A stretch of 39,092 nt of DNA from assembly GCA_021791075.1 (NCBI GenBank), contig JAJYXH010000075.1, positions 1 to 39,092 of the forward strand. Reading direction: 5' to 3'. Positions 1 to 8,120 of this stretch are shown one piece after another (the first letter of the stretch is position 1; each line of letters begins with the position of its first letter). The notes below the pieces were generated by a model, which saw only the letters and a program-made list of their open reading frames with translations, was not told the DNA's origin and ran no database searches. The DNA comes from Candidatus Micrarchaeota archaeon. GTDB taxonomy: Archaea > Micrarchaeota > Micrarchaeia > Micrarchaeales > CABMGC01. The position numbers were made by a program, and so were the translations under genes.

Positions 1-2
1 TT

Positions 3-170
3 GCAAGGTCTTTGTTGACTCTGGTCACCACCCTCGGGTTCGCCCTCTTATTGGGCTTTCCCATACTGAAACAGTCAGTCGAAAAGGATAAGGACTTAAC
101 GTCGTTCAGGAATTATGAGATGAAGCCACTACGAGGAAAAGGTATAAAATTACGTCGTGCTAAAGTTTGA
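3..170 (+). CDS. 3' end of an unidentified membrane-protein gene (partial, runs off the left edge)
   Basis: Frame 3 is open from the window edge to TGA at 168-170. The tail ARSLLTLVTTLGFALLLGFPILKQ... contains one hydrophobic helix. No family recognised. Confidence 0.3.
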   Translation, partial: ARSLLTLVTTLGFALLLGFPILKQSVEKDKDLTSFRNYEMKPLRGKGIKLRRAKV

Positions 171-223
171 AATAGTCACAAAAAATTACTTTCAATAGGA
201 TAAAAGCAAAGCTTGGTGCTGGG

Positions 224-1612
224 ATGCTATTCAAGAAGTTTCATATAGAAAGTCTTGACTATTACAAGAAATGGCTAGTGCTTGGTATAATAATAGGAAT
301 AATAGCGGGTCTTGTTTCCGTACTGTTTTATTATGCTACAGAAGCTTCTGAAAATTTCTTTATGCATTACGTGATGGGCTATAGCAGGCCCTTGCCTTTG
401 GGTGAAGGCGAAAACTTATCATATGTGTTTGCAATCATAAGGCCATATCTCATACCGATTTCAATCATACTGGGTGCGCTCATATCTGCATGGTTAGTAT
501 ATAGGTTTGCCCCTGAGACGGAAGGGCACGGGACGGACGCCGTAGTAAAAAGTTATCATGAAGGCAAGGTTATAAGGGCAAGGGTAAGCATAATAAAGTT
601 TGTTTCTGCATCGCTGCTAATAGGAAGCGGCGGCAGCGCTGGCAGGGAGGGCCCTATCGCCCAAATATCAGCTTCTACAATATCCAATATCTTCAAGCGT
701 ATAAAACTATCAAAGAGGGACAGACAGATAATACTTGCCGTTTCTATAGGCGCCGCCATAGGTAGCATCTTTAAATCTCCTTTTGGCGGTGCGCTCTTCG
801 GCGCAGAGGTGCTCTACAAGAGAGATATAGAAGGTGATGTTATATTTCCAGCTTTCGTGGCAAGCACCGTAGGTTTCATGGTTTACGGCGCTTTCGTGAA
901 CTACCTTCCGATGTTTGGCATTAACGCACTTTCGGCCTATGCTCAAACTATCATTTATACCCCTCTTGTTATACTTGGATTTGTCTTTTTGGGCTTGGTC
1001 TCTGGTGTTTTCGCAAAGGCATATGTGAAAATCTTCTATTTCTTCCACAGGAAAATCAAAGCGTTGAAGATGTCACGATATTTCAAGCCTGCACTAGGAG
1101 CAATAGGAACTGCGAGTATAGCATTGCTCTTTCCAGAGGTTATGGGTATCGGCTACGGCTGGGTGCAATTGATGATTTCGGGCAACCTGACGGCACTTCC
1201 TGATTTTCTAGGTCTATCTACTCTGCTTTTTGTTTTTGTGCTTATTTTTGCAAAGATATTTGCAACATCATTCTCAATAAGCTCTGGAGGGAGCGGAGGG
1301 GTATATGCACCTGGTATATTCATAGGTGCGTCTGTCGGCCTGTTCACTTTTCTCCTCTTGAACATGGCAAGTCCGCAAGTGTTCGGTCTCGCAATACTGA
1401 CACCTTTCGTTATTGTCGGCATGCTTTCACTTTTTGGCGCAGCGAGCAAGGCACCTATCGCAGTAGCAATAATGGTCGTTGAGATGACAGGAAGCATATT
1501 GATAATACCGGTTGCAATGATATCTATAGCGATAGCATACGCGCTGAGCGGCAACGATACGATATACATTTCACAAAAGGAAAGAAGGAAATTCAAAAGC
1601 ACAAAGCATTAG
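224..1612 (+). CDS. ClC-family chloride channel / H+-Cl- exchanger, without CBS domains
   Basis: 462-aa ORF with ATG at 224 and many hydrophobic segments. It carries ClC filter motifs GSAGREGP (gating Glu) and GGVYAPGIFIGA. The first filter motif reads EGHGTD instead of GSGIPE. Confidence 0.88.
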   Translation: MLFKKFHIESLDYYKKWLVLGIIIGIIAGLVSVLFYYATEASENFFMHYVMGYSRPLPLGEGENLSYVFAIIRPYLIPISIILGALISAWLVYRFAPETEGHGTDAVVKSYHEGKVIRARVSIIKFVSASLLIGSGGSAGREGPIAQISASTISNIFKRIKLSKRDRQIILAVSIGAAIGSIFKSPFGGALFGAEVLYKRDIEGDVIFPAFVASTVGFMVYGAFVNYLPMFGINALSAYAQTIIYTPLVILGFVFLGLVSGVFAKAYVKIFYFFHRKIKALKMSRYFKPALGAIGTASIALLFPEVMGIGYGWVQLMISGNLTALPDFLGLSTLLFVFVLIFAKIFATSFSISSGGSGGVYAPGIFIGASVGLFTFLLLNMASPQVFGLAILTPFVIVGMLSLFGAASKAPIAVAIMVVEMTGSILIIPVAMISIAIAYALSGNDTIYISQKERRKFKSTKH

Positions 1613-1707
1613 CAACATGATTTCTATTTTGCAAATAACACTTTTGCTTTAGCAGTGCATTAGCTTACCTTAAATACCTGCAGTTGCTGCATAAAACACA
1701 TCATATA

Positions 1708-1782
1708 AGCCCCGAGAGGGATTCGAACCCTCGACTTCTAGTTTACGAAACTAGCGCTCTAACCGGGCTGAGCTACCGGGGC
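1708..1782 (-). tRNA. tRNA-Thr (anticodon CGU)
   Basis: The reverse complement folds by hand into a 75-nt cloverleaf. Acceptor GCCCCGG/TCGGGGC, D stem GCTC/GAGC, anticodon stem CTAGT/ACTAG with loop TTCGTAA, T arm GAGGG-TTCGAAT-CCCTC. No intron and no encoded CCA. Confidence 0.92.
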
Positions 1783-1887
1783 ATATTGCCATGCGGTATA
1801 AATAGGTATATCAAAGATTAATAAAGTGTAATCATATAGTCTAAACGGCCTCTTTTTCGGCCATCAGCAGTAATTTACGGTGCAGTC

Positions 1888-4800
1888 ATGGTTAGGAACG
1901 CTTATTTCGCACAGATGCCTGGGAATCCGGGAGAGCAACCAGGAGCTCCAGGCGCTCCAGGCGCAATGCCCGGCCCGTCACAGCCTCCTTCTCGCCAGTT
2001 CCCGCAGCAGCAAGGCCCGATCCCAATAAAGGAGGGAGGCTCCGAGAAGCCCGACGAACTCGTCGAAGAGGTTAACAGGAAGGCCCACCAGAAGAAGATC
2101 GAGACCAAGCTTTTGTCGTATGCCGTAATCGCAATAATCATAGTCGCAGCCGGAGCCTACCTCATACCCCCTCTCCTAAAGCCATCGCCGGTCACCACAT
2201 CAACGACCACCGTTGCCCCGCAGATATTCAAGATATCATCCTGCACTGTCATCACCAAGAGCGGCACCTACTACATCACGGGCAACATCGACACGGCGAT
2301 CCAGAGCGGCTCGTGCATAGATATAATGAGTCCGAATGTCAAGCTTATAGGCAACGGGAACGGCATCCTCGGAAGCGGCCCGTTCGTGATAACGCCGCCT
2401 TTCTCCTACGGGATAAGGATTGACGACGCGAACAACGTCTCTCTCCAGGGGGTGAGCGTCTCAAGATTCTCGTACGATGTCTACCTTAACAGGTCATCGC
2501 AGTCTTCAATACTCAACAGCAGCATAAGGAACGGGACCGTCTCTGGAGTCTACCTAAATTCATCGGTGGGCGACACGCTTGCCAATGACAGCATCTCAGG
2601 GATATCGGGCCCGGCGGGGGCAATATCGCTTCAGGGCGGAGGAAGCTCAACCGTCACCAATGCGGTGATCCAGGGCAATGCATACTACGGTGTTGTCATA
2701 GCCTCAACGGGGAACAGGTTCTCGAAGCTCACCTTCCTAAACAACCCCGTCGACCTGATATGCTCGGGAATCGCAAGCTTCAGCTCGGAGAACAACTTCA
2801 CCGGCTCCACCTGCAGCGTAAACAAGTACTGCGAGTTCGCATACTGCTCAAAGGTCAACCTTCCGGCAAACATAAGCTCTATAACGCTCACAAGGCAGAT
2901 CACAGGATGCGGAGGCATAAGCTCCCCTGGCATCTACCAGGTCCAGACCAACCTCAACCTCTCATCCTACGCCAACGTCTCGGCATCCCCTTCTGTTGCA
3001 TGCATAACCATAACAGCTTCAAACGTAAGGCTGAACTGCAACAACAACGCGATACTCCACTCGGGCTACGGCGTCTCGATACCCTCTCTGGGAACCAGCC
3101 TCTACAACATCTCGATATCCAACTGCACGTTCGCCAACTACACCCACGCCATAAACGTCGGCCAGGTATTCGGATTCAACATAACAAACGTCCGTGCCTC
3201 GGGCGGCGGTGCGGCCATATACCTCCAGAACGGCACGCAGGGAACGGTCTCAAATTCCGTGCTCTCGAGGAACACGTACGGAATATACATCAACGGCACT
3301 TCAACCGGCATAACATTCAGCAACGTGACAGCTCAGGGCAACATCTACGGAGTCTACGCTGCCGCTGGCCAGGCCAACATATATACGCAGAGCAAGTTCG
3401 TCAACAACAGCAAGGAGGACCTGTACTGCACCGCGTCGCAGTACAACTCGCAGAGCAACATATTCGTCAACAACGAGTGCGGCACAACGGACTGCAACTG
3501 GGGAACAACATGCAAGACCCGCACCCTTCCTCCAATAAGCGTCTATCCGCTGAGCGGCTGCTCCACCATAGACACGCCGGGCAACTACTCTCTGAATGCC
3601 GACATAGACACGCAGGGCAACTGCTTCGCCATCAAGGCGAGCAACGTCAACCTCGCCTGCAACGGACATTACATAACGGGAGGTTTCGCAGGCAACGCGG
3701 TCTACGGGTCCGGGGTAAACAACATAACGTTCAACAATTGCAAGATCCAGAACTTCAACACCGCACTTAACTTCAGCAACTCCAACCATCTGAGCTTCAG
3801 TAACATCACAATAAACCAGTCCGGAACTTCAGTATCCATTACAAACAGCATATTCGACAGTATAGTAAAGGTCTCGTCAATACTCGGCGCCCACGGATTT
3901 GTGTTCAAGTACGTAAACGATTCCACTCTTACTAATGACTCGGCGATCTCGGGAAGGCAGAGCGCATCAGGATATCTGCTGAACTACTCATACAATAACC
4001 TAATTGCCTACGACGTCGCATCCTCAAACAATAATTACGGGTTCGCGTTCCTAAACTCAAGGAACAACCAGGTCTCCAACAACACCGCGCAGGGCAACCT
4101 GAAGAGCGACTACTACTGCTCAGCTAACTCCGGAGGACTCTACGCGCAGCAGGGTGGCATAAACAACGGGGTCAGCAAGCAGAACTGCATCTGGCTCGTC
4201 GAGGTGCAGCCCATACCCCAGCAGAACCTCTGCCAGTCTATAAGCAGCTCGGACATAATAACGCTTACCCAGGACATGGTATATCCATATGGCCACGCAT
4301 GCTACACGGTCTACAATACGAATTCCTCTAGCGGCAACGACACCGTGATAAACTGCATGGGACACACCATCTACGCCACGAGAGGCGGAACTTTCGTTGA
4401 CGACATCAACTCCAGCAACGTCCACGTCTCGAACTGCTACCTAAAGTACTTCACCAAGCCGATAATAGTCCAGGGCCCTAACGCGCAGATATACAACAAC
4501 ACTATCGGATCGTCGAACGCATCCATAAGCCTGATCAACGCGTTCAATCCAGTCGTGCGGACCAACAACATAACGAACGCCTCATACGGCATCTTCGTCC
4601 AGTCTGCCGACGACGGCCAGATAAAGAACAACATCCTGACCAATGCGAACATCAGCATCTCGGTGATCGGGTCTGCGAGCCTGCAGGTGCTTAACAATAC
4701 GGTGACCGGCGGATCGCTGGGTCTCTTCATGGAAAAATCGGATGAGATAGTCGTAGGATCAAACCATCTAACCCCTCCAACATCATCTGGAATAGTGTGC

Positions 4801-4911
4801 TCAACAGGATCCAAGAACACAAGCTCCTCGAATGTGGACTTCGGTGACAACGTCTGCTCCGGCAACCAGAACTGCAACTGGATGACCTCGTCGCCTCTGT
4901 GCAAGGTCTGA
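1888..4911 (+). CDS. Membrane-anchored, Cys-rich right-handed beta-helix (PbH1/NosD-like) surface protein with four tandem modules
   Basis: 1007 aa with an ATG start. It has a Pro/Gly/Gln-rich N-terminus, one TM helix (aa ~75-95), and a Thr-rich linker. Four ~220-aa modules follow, each opening with C-x(6-9)-G-x-Y... SNV-x-L-x-C-N-G and full of short N/G/S/T-rich beta-helix turns. I count at least 35 N-x-S/T sequons by eye. Confidence 0.8.
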   Translation: MVRNAYFAQMPGNPGEQPGAPGAPGAMPGPSQPPSRQFPQQQGPIPIKEGGSEKPDELVEEVNRKAHQKKIETKLLSYAVIAIIIVAAGAYLIPPLLKPSPVTTSTTTVAPQIFKISSCTVITKSGTYYITGNIDTAIQSGSCIDIMSPNVKLIGNGNGILGSGPFVITPPFSYGIRIDDANNVSLQGVSVSRFSYDVYLNRSSQSSILNSSIRNGTVSGVYLNSSVGDTLANDSISGISGPAGAISLQGGGSSTVTNAVIQGNAYYGVVIASTGNRFSKLTFLNNPVDLICSGIASFSSENNFTGSTCSVNKYCEFAYCSKVNLPANISSITLTRQITGCGGISSPGIYQVQTNLNLSSYANVSASPSVACITITASNVRLNCNNNAILHSGYGVSIPSLGTSLYNISISNCTFANYTHAINVGQVFGFNITNVRASGGGAAIYLQNGTQGTVSNSVLSRNTYGIYINGTSTGITFSNVTAQGNIYGVYAAAGQANIYTQSKFVNNSKEDLYCTASQYNSQSNIFVNNECGTTDCNWGTTCKTRTLPPISVYPLSGCSTIDTPGNYSLNADIDTQGNCFAIKASNVNLACNGHYITGGFAGNAVYGSGVNNITFNNCKIQNFNTALNFSNSNHLSFSNITINQSGTSVSITNSIFDSIVKVSSILGAHGFVFKYVNDSTLTNDSAISGRQSASGYLLNYSYNNLIAYDVASSNNNYGFAFLNSRNNQVSNNTAQGNLKSDYYCSANSGGLYAQQGGINNGVSKQNCIWLVEVQPIPQQNLCQSISSSDIITLTQDMVYPYGHACYTVYNTNSSSGNDTVINCMGHTIYATRGGTFVDDINSSNVHVSNCYLKYFTKPIIVQGPNAQIYNNTIGSSNASISLINAFNPVVRTNNITNASYGIFVQSADDGQIKNNILTNANISISVIGSASLQVLNNTVTGGSLGLFMEKSDEIVVGSNHLTPPTSSGIVCSTGSKNTSSSNVDFGDNVCSGNQNCNWMTSSPLCKV
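4607..4911 (+). repeat. Direct repeat copy A (last 305 nt of the beta-helix gene)
   Basis: Hand alignment to 7214-7518 (offset 2607) shows only 4 substitutions before the last 5 nt. Confidence 0.95.
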
Positions 4912-4938
4912 CTCGCCCTCTGCATCTGCACCACAAGA

Positions 4939-5451
4939 TTATTTGGGCTTATTGACGTAGTTCCTGTAGTAGGAATAGAGTGCTATGGTCTTGAGGTCTA
5001 TTATCTCGTTTTTCCTGATCATCGAGTCGAACTTTCTCATACTGACCCATCTCGAACTTATTATCTCGGTAGGATCAAGTTTCTTCCTGCCCTTTCTGAC
5101 TCCCTCAACAAGATAGAAATGGAACATGCTCTTTATCCTTCCAGGAGCCTCGTAGGCCTTGAACATCTTCCTGATCCTGACAGGCGCATATCCGGTCTCC
5201 TCTTCGAGCTCCCTTCTTGCTGCTGCATCCGGCCTCTCCCCATCATCGACAACGCCTGCGGGAAGTTCGTATATGTGCTCCTTTAACGCATGCCTGTACT
5301 GTTTCTCCAACAGTATTCTGCCCTTGTCAATGACCAGGGTAACTACGACATCCGGTCCAACTATCCTGAGGTACTCCTCCTTCCTGCCGTTGACTGTAAA
5401 GGGGGTCAGTTCCACTCTAAATCCGTACTTGTTGAAAAGTGTCTTTATCAT
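4939..5451 (-). CDS. Nudix hydrolase (ADP-ribose pyrophosphatase-like)
   Basis: 170 aa with an ATG start. The Nudix box [23 protein letters not shown] matches Gx5Ex7REUxEExGU. Confidence 0.9.
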   Translation of the reverse strand: MIKTLFNKYGFRVELTPFTVNGRKEEYLRIVGPDVVVTLVIDKGRILLEKQYRHALKEHIYELPAGVVDDGERPDAAARRELEEETGYAPVRIRKMFKAYEAPGRIKSMFHFYLVEGVRKGRKKLDPTEIISSRWVSMRKFDSMIRKNEIIDLKTIALYSYYRNYVNKPK

Positions 5452-5500
5452 AGACGCATTATGGGGCGATAACGTACTTATATTATATGATCGGACTGGC

Positions 5501-6109
5501 TTATTTATAAAGAGAAACGAATCTCGTAATTATCGAGTTGAACTCGTCCGGCCGGTCGATGTAGGGTCTGTGGCCCGCCCCCTCTATTATCCTGGTCTCG
5601 CCGATTCTCCTGAAACGCAGCTCGTCGCCATGCACATCCCTTATGACGTCGTCCTCCGATCCCCAGATTGCGATGACCCTGGTCTTTATCGAGTCGAGCC
5701 TGACCGCATCAAGATCAACAGGCGCAACGGCTATCACTCCCTTCAGGAGCCTGCCGTGCTTCTCCGCGAATTTGAGGGCCAGATATCCACTTCCGCTTGT
5801 CCCCAGCAGGAAGAGCTCCTTCTGCCGCGCCTTCTCCCTTATGAATCCCAGCAGCGCATCGAAGATGTCCGTTTCGGCCACATTCCTGCCGCTCTCCGTC
5901 ACGCTTCTGCTCTTGGGGAACCCGGGAACGTCCATCGCGTATACGTTGATGCTGGCTTCGTTCAGCTCCGCGATCGTCTTCGACTCTATCCATATGTCCG
6001 AGTCCCAGTTGTAGCCGTGCATGAGTATTACGGCCTTGTTGCCTCCGGCAGGAGCTTCCAGGTAGAAGAGCCTGCAGCCATTTAGGTCGATATTTTCTTT
6101 GCGTATCAC
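5501..6109 (-). CDS. alpha/beta-fold hydrolase
   Basis: 202 aa. The start at 6109 is GTG and no in-frame ATG is nearby. It has an HG oxyanion motif (ILMHGY), a nucleophile elbow GTSGSG, and a late GAGH. Confidence 0.8.
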   Translation of the reverse strand: MIRKENIDLNGCRLFYLEAPAGGNKAVILMHGYNWDSDIWIESKTIAELNEASINVYAMDVPGFPKSRSVTESGRNVAETDIFDALLGFIREKARQKELFLLGTSGSGYLALKFAEKHGRLLKGVIAVAPVDLDAVRLDSIKTRVIAIWGSEDDVIRDVHGDELRFRRIGETRIIEGAGHRPYIDRPDEFNSIITRFVSLYK

Positions 6110-6209
6110 TTATATCCCGCATTGCATGACGTATGGGCAAGCTGCTGCCCGTATCCTTACAATATCATCAATACTTGCCTGATTTATATATGGACATGCA
6201 ATAATCCTT

Positions 6210-6549
6210 ATGGATAAGAGATCCCCGTCATAATAAACACCGATCCGGGGCATGACGACGCAGCAGCTATAATGCTGGCCGTGAAGTCGGGCATGCTGGA
6301 CGTGAAGGCTGTTACCACGTCTGCCGGAAATTCAACCGTTGCCAACACGACCAGGAATGCAAGGTACATAATGCGCATTCTCGGGCGCGAGGACATACCC
6401 GTCTACTCTGGGGCATCAAAGCCCCTGAAGCGCAGCCTGATACGCGCAAAGGTGCACGGACCAAGCGGGCTCGCGGGAATAGCTCCCAGGAACAAGGCGC
6501 TGCTCAATGGCGAGGCTGTCGATAGAATCATATCGATCGTAAGGAAGAA
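6210..6549 (+). pseudogene. Inosine-uridine-preferring nucleoside hydrolase remnant (frameshifted at the 5' end, truncated at the 3' end)
   Basis: ATG at 6210 reads MDKRSPS then stop. The IUNH signature VIINTDPGHDDAAAIMLA lies in another frame from 6227. Restoring one C in the run 6223-6226 would join the two frames. Family-like sequence stops near ...AVDRIISIVRKK (~6549), about 110 of an expected ~310 aa. Confidence 0.75.
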
Positions 6550-6969
6550 ATGTCAAGAACAAAAGGTCTCGAGCTATCAGCAGCAGTGGTAACAGAATCG
6601 GTTATAGGAAGAGTTTGTTTTAGAAATTTTGATAATAGCTACTCGCTTCAAAGTAAAACACTAGTAGAGAGATTAGGAGAGAAACCCTTACCCACGTCAA
6701 ACTATTATTAAGGCGCACAATGTTGCGAGTCACAAAGTTGCATCATTTCACCATATTTGTATCCATTCCGATTAAATATTTAAGCACTTTTTCCTCGAAT
6801 TATTTGCCAAATCATTCTTTGGTATCTTTTATGGTGCACAACACCCTGCAGCCTTCATTATATTCCATTTTAGCACTTATACTAACATTTTTCTTCCTTT
6901 TAAACCTTTCCTGTCGAATAAAACACCGGAATACAATCTGGTAAAACGGACATAAAAGGCTTTGTTGGC
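6550..6969. other. A+T-rich non-coding island of unknown origin
   Basis: Composition shifts abruptly to visibly A+T-rich sequence. Neither strand has a convincing ORF. It is bounded by two truncated gene fragments. Confidence 0.6.
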
Positions 6970-7218
6970 CTAATCCTTCGCCTTTGCCTTGATCGCCGAG
7001 ATCTCGTCCAGCAGGTCCCCCGACTCGTTGTCGAGAAGGTCGGTGAACTTGTACATTAGGGCCCTCTCGTTCTCGTCGTTCATGAAGGTGTACAGCGTCT
7101 CGTTCTCCTTCACTTGTCTGCCGAAAGCGATATCCTCTATCGAGATCGCAACGCTCTTGCCGACCTTGGCCTCCTTCAGGCTTAGCGCATTGTCCTGCAT
7201 CTCCTTGACCCTCCCGAC
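6970..7218 (-). pseudogene. 3' fragment (last 82 codons plus stop) of a diverged aIF5B/infB gene
   Basis: It translates to VGRVKEMQDNALSLKEAK...ISAIKAKAKD. By hand alignment, 59 of 76 residues after the Met match the C-terminus of the resident infB (10543-10798). It has no 5' part. Confidence 0.88.
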
Positions 7219-7518
7219 GACGGCCAGATAAAGAACAACATCCTGACCAATGCGAACATCAGCATCTCGGTGATCGGGTCTGCGAGCCTGCAGGTGCTTA
7301 ACAATACGGTGACCGGCGGATCGCTGGGTCTCTTCATGGAAAAATCGGATGAGATAGTCGTAGGATCAAACCATCTAACCCCTCCAACATCATCGGGAAT
7401 AGTGTGCCCAACAGGATCCAAGAACACAAGCTCCTCGAATGTGGACTCCGGTGACAACGTCTGCTCCGGCAACCAGAACTGCAACTGGATGACCTCGTCG
7501 CCCCTGTGCAAGGCTTAG
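7214..7518 (+). pseudogene. 3' fragment of the beta-helix surface-protein gene (direct repeat copy B)
   Basis: Near-identical to 4607-4911. It lacks everything upstream, and similarity ends at the stop codon. Confidence 0.92.
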
Positions 7519-7661
7519 ATCTGGGCCATCAGCGGAGCTATGACATATACTACGAGGAAGGTTACCGGTACAGATAGCACGAATGAGAGCAGCACCTGGT
7601 TTACAGTATGCCGCCTCAGCCGCACCCTTGCTATGCCCACTATGGCAGCGAGCAGCAGCAT
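7515..7661 (-). CDS. Possible 48-aa two-helix membrane peptide
   Basis: ATG to TAA ORF below the track cutoff: MLLLAAIVGIARVRLRRHTVNQVLLSFVLSVPVTFLVVYVIAPLMAQI. The only support is an open frame and hydrophobicity. Confidence 0.2.
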   Translation of the reverse strand: MLLLAAIVGIARVRLRRHTVNQVLLSFVLSVPVTFLVVYVIAPLMAQI

Positions 7662-7763
7662 GCCTGCCAAGCTTCCTGCCAGGCCTCACGAAGAAGTAGT
7701 GACAGCCATGGCTGCCTCCTCTCCTTATTCTATTTCCATCCATCCTCCCACCGATTAACAGGA

Positions 7764-7889
7764 TCAGTCAGCGTATACGACTCTCCACGAGTTCTCTCCG
7801 TCAGGCACAAGCTTCACGGGCCTCCGGTCATCCTCCGTAGGCACGTACTCCTTTATCCGGGATCCAAAGACTCTGTTCCATATTGTCAT
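7764..7889 (-). CDS. Possible 41-aa soluble peptide
   Basis: ATG to TGA ORF: MTIWNRVFGSRIKEYVPTEDDRRPVKLVPDGENSWRVVYAD, preceded by GGAGAG. No family recognised. Confidence 0.2.
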   Translation of the reverse strand: MTIWNRVFGSRIKEYVPTEDDRRPVKLVPDGENSWRVVYAD

Positions 7890-8120
7890 TCTCTCCACTC
7901 ATTAAGCGTTAACTGGGGTTGCGGGCCGGGCTGGAATCGGTGCTGCTAGTTGGGTTGTCTGGGGGTTCAGTCTAACCACAGAATTAGATACAGTATCAAT
8001 CTGGTTTCCCGATCCCATGCATCCCGACCCGTGACAATATTATGGGTCTGGTCATTTATATATTCTACCATATTTGAGATATTATTTACACGGTTTTAAG
8101 GTTCTGTAAACGCCTTCGCC

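Noticed and set aside
171-223. Fluoride riboswitch or other leader upstream of the ClC gene
   Set aside because: Only ~50 nt are available, they are A-rich, and they lack the conserved paired G+C-rich segments I would expect. Nothing can be supported.
2760-3770. 336-aa ORF in an alternative frame inside the beta-helix gene (plus several minus-strand ORFs at 2685-4936)
   Set aside because: The composition (Arg/His/Gln/Leu-rich, no motifs) is typical of off-frame reading of an AAC/GGC/ACC-rich repetitive gene. The in-frame 1007-aa product has clear modular structure.
6720-6944. 74-aa ORF in the A+T-rich island
   Set aside because: It is a low-complexity Leu/Phe/Ser/Ile-rich product of A+T-rich DNA with no start context or motifs. 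It is probably a chance ORF.
4607-7518. Diversity-generating retroelement (template repeat / variable repeat pair) as the explanation for the near-identical 305-bp copies at a surface-protein C-terminus
   Set aside because: No reverse transcriptase gene lies in or near the interval. There are only 4 mismatches, and they sit at T positions of the gene copy, not at adenines of a template copy. The second copy is fused to an infB fragment by microhomology, which points to illegitimate recombination instead.
7390-7949. Track ORFs 7390-7743 (-), 7540-7758 (+) and 7608-7949 (+)
   Set aside because: Their compositions (Arg/Cys/His/Pro/Ser-rich) are implausible. They overlap each other and the duplicated fragment, and none has recognisable motifs.
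7900-7990. G+C-rich patch (ggggttgcgggccgggctggaatcggtgctgc...) as a possible structured RNA (SRP or RNase P fragment, or tRNA-like)
   Set aside because: I could not fold it into a cloverleaf or match remembered SRP/RNase P conserved motifs. Covariance-model scanning is needed before any call.
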